Assembly: GCA_032250595.1 (NCBI GenBank) | Contig: JAVVFR010000001.1 | Coordinates: forward strand, 1 to 27,217 | DNA length: 27,217 bases | Origin: Bacteroidales bacterium | GTDB taxonomy: Bacteria; Bacteroidota; Bacteroidia; Bacteroidales; SKPS01 | Direction: 5' to 3' | Shown here: positions 26,749 through 27,217 of the stretch, piece by piece | Numbering within the stretch: position 1 is the stretch's first letter | How the letters are laid out: every line of letters begins with the position of its first letter | Made by a program: the position numbers and the translations under genes | Notes under the pieces: generated by a model | Database searches by the model: none | Told to the model about the DNA's origin: nothing | Seen by the model: only the letters and a program-made list of their open reading frames with translations

Positions 26749-27123
26749 TGGTGTTGTATGTTCTGTCGCGGCAATAAAAATATTTATTGCCGAGGAAAGT
26801 CGGGACAACAAAGAGCGCCATACTTCCTAACAGGAAGGCAGTCTTTTTACTAAGATTGACAGCGAGTGCCACAGAAAATTACCGCCCTGTTGTTTTCAAT
26901 AGGGTAAGGGTGAAAACGTGAGGTAAGAGCTCACGCTGCGATGTGGTGACATATTGCAGGGGTAAACCTTATGGGTTGCAAGGTTACATATACCGGGGCT
27001 TGAGGGCTGCTCGCCCGATCCCGGGGGGTGAACTGCTAGAGGTACCGGGTGACCGGCATCCCAGATAAATGACAGAATATTCGCACTGCGAAGACACAGA
27101 ATCCTGCTTACAGTACAACACCA
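26749..27123 (+). ncRNA. rnpB: RNase P RNA, bacterial class A
   Basis: P1 TGGTGTTGTA (26749-26758) pairs with TACAACACCA (27114-27123). P2 TTCTGTC/GACAGAA. P3 hairpin at 26769-26792. Conserved GAGGAAAGTC, AGTGCCACAGAAA, GGTAAACC and ACAGAA...GCTTA. Confidence 0.97.
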
Positions 27124-27145
27124 CCGGGCTTGCCCGGTTTTTTTT
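27123..27145 (+). terminator. Rho-independent terminator of rnpB
   Basis: ACCGGG-cttg-CCCGGT followed by a T-run, directly after P1. Confidence 0.85.
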
Positions 27146-27217
27146 ATGAACAAATTAAAAAAAACCTGTTGATAAATCATCGGTACTGAAAATTGTTGGT
27201 GATGCAATCATTACTAT

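Noticed and set aside
26896-27207. 103-aa minus-strand ORF
   Set aside because: It is antisense to the RNase P RNA, whose structure explains the sequence.
27155-27217. Possible 3' end of a minus-strand gene (...IVMIASPTIFSTDDLSTGFF*)
   Set aside because: Only 20 codons at the window edge, which cannot be supported.

Overview
Chromosomal window from a Bacteroidota bacterium, probably Bacteroidales-like. Evidence: T9SS C-terminal domains, TAnnTTTG promoters and Gln-at-+1 signal peptides. The left 15.7 kb is the 5'-truncated gene for a giant (>5226 aa) T9SS type A cargo. It has a beta-helix and lamin-tail head, a stalk of 50 Ig-like repeats and a strong terminator. Next comes a probable operon: transketolase N-half, exported VWA protein, transketolase C-half, ECF sigma factor, and an anti-sigma-like membrane protein ending in a T9SS type B (CHU_C) sorting domain. 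The rest is pnuC-nadR, a small T9SS cargo, a candidate ~80-nt sRNA, mtnP (minus strand), a KOW-DUF2027-Smr protein, a PCMD-like T9SS cargo and rnpB. No mobile element or CRISPR array was seen. Best leads: (1) an anti-sigma factor that looks like a T9SS substrate, possibly a secretion-coupled signalling switch; (2) a Cys co-loss pattern implying inter-domain disulfide staples with two hinges in the giant protein; (3) an orphan promoter-terminator unit (sRNA candidate). All domain names come from motif recognition by eye, not database searches.
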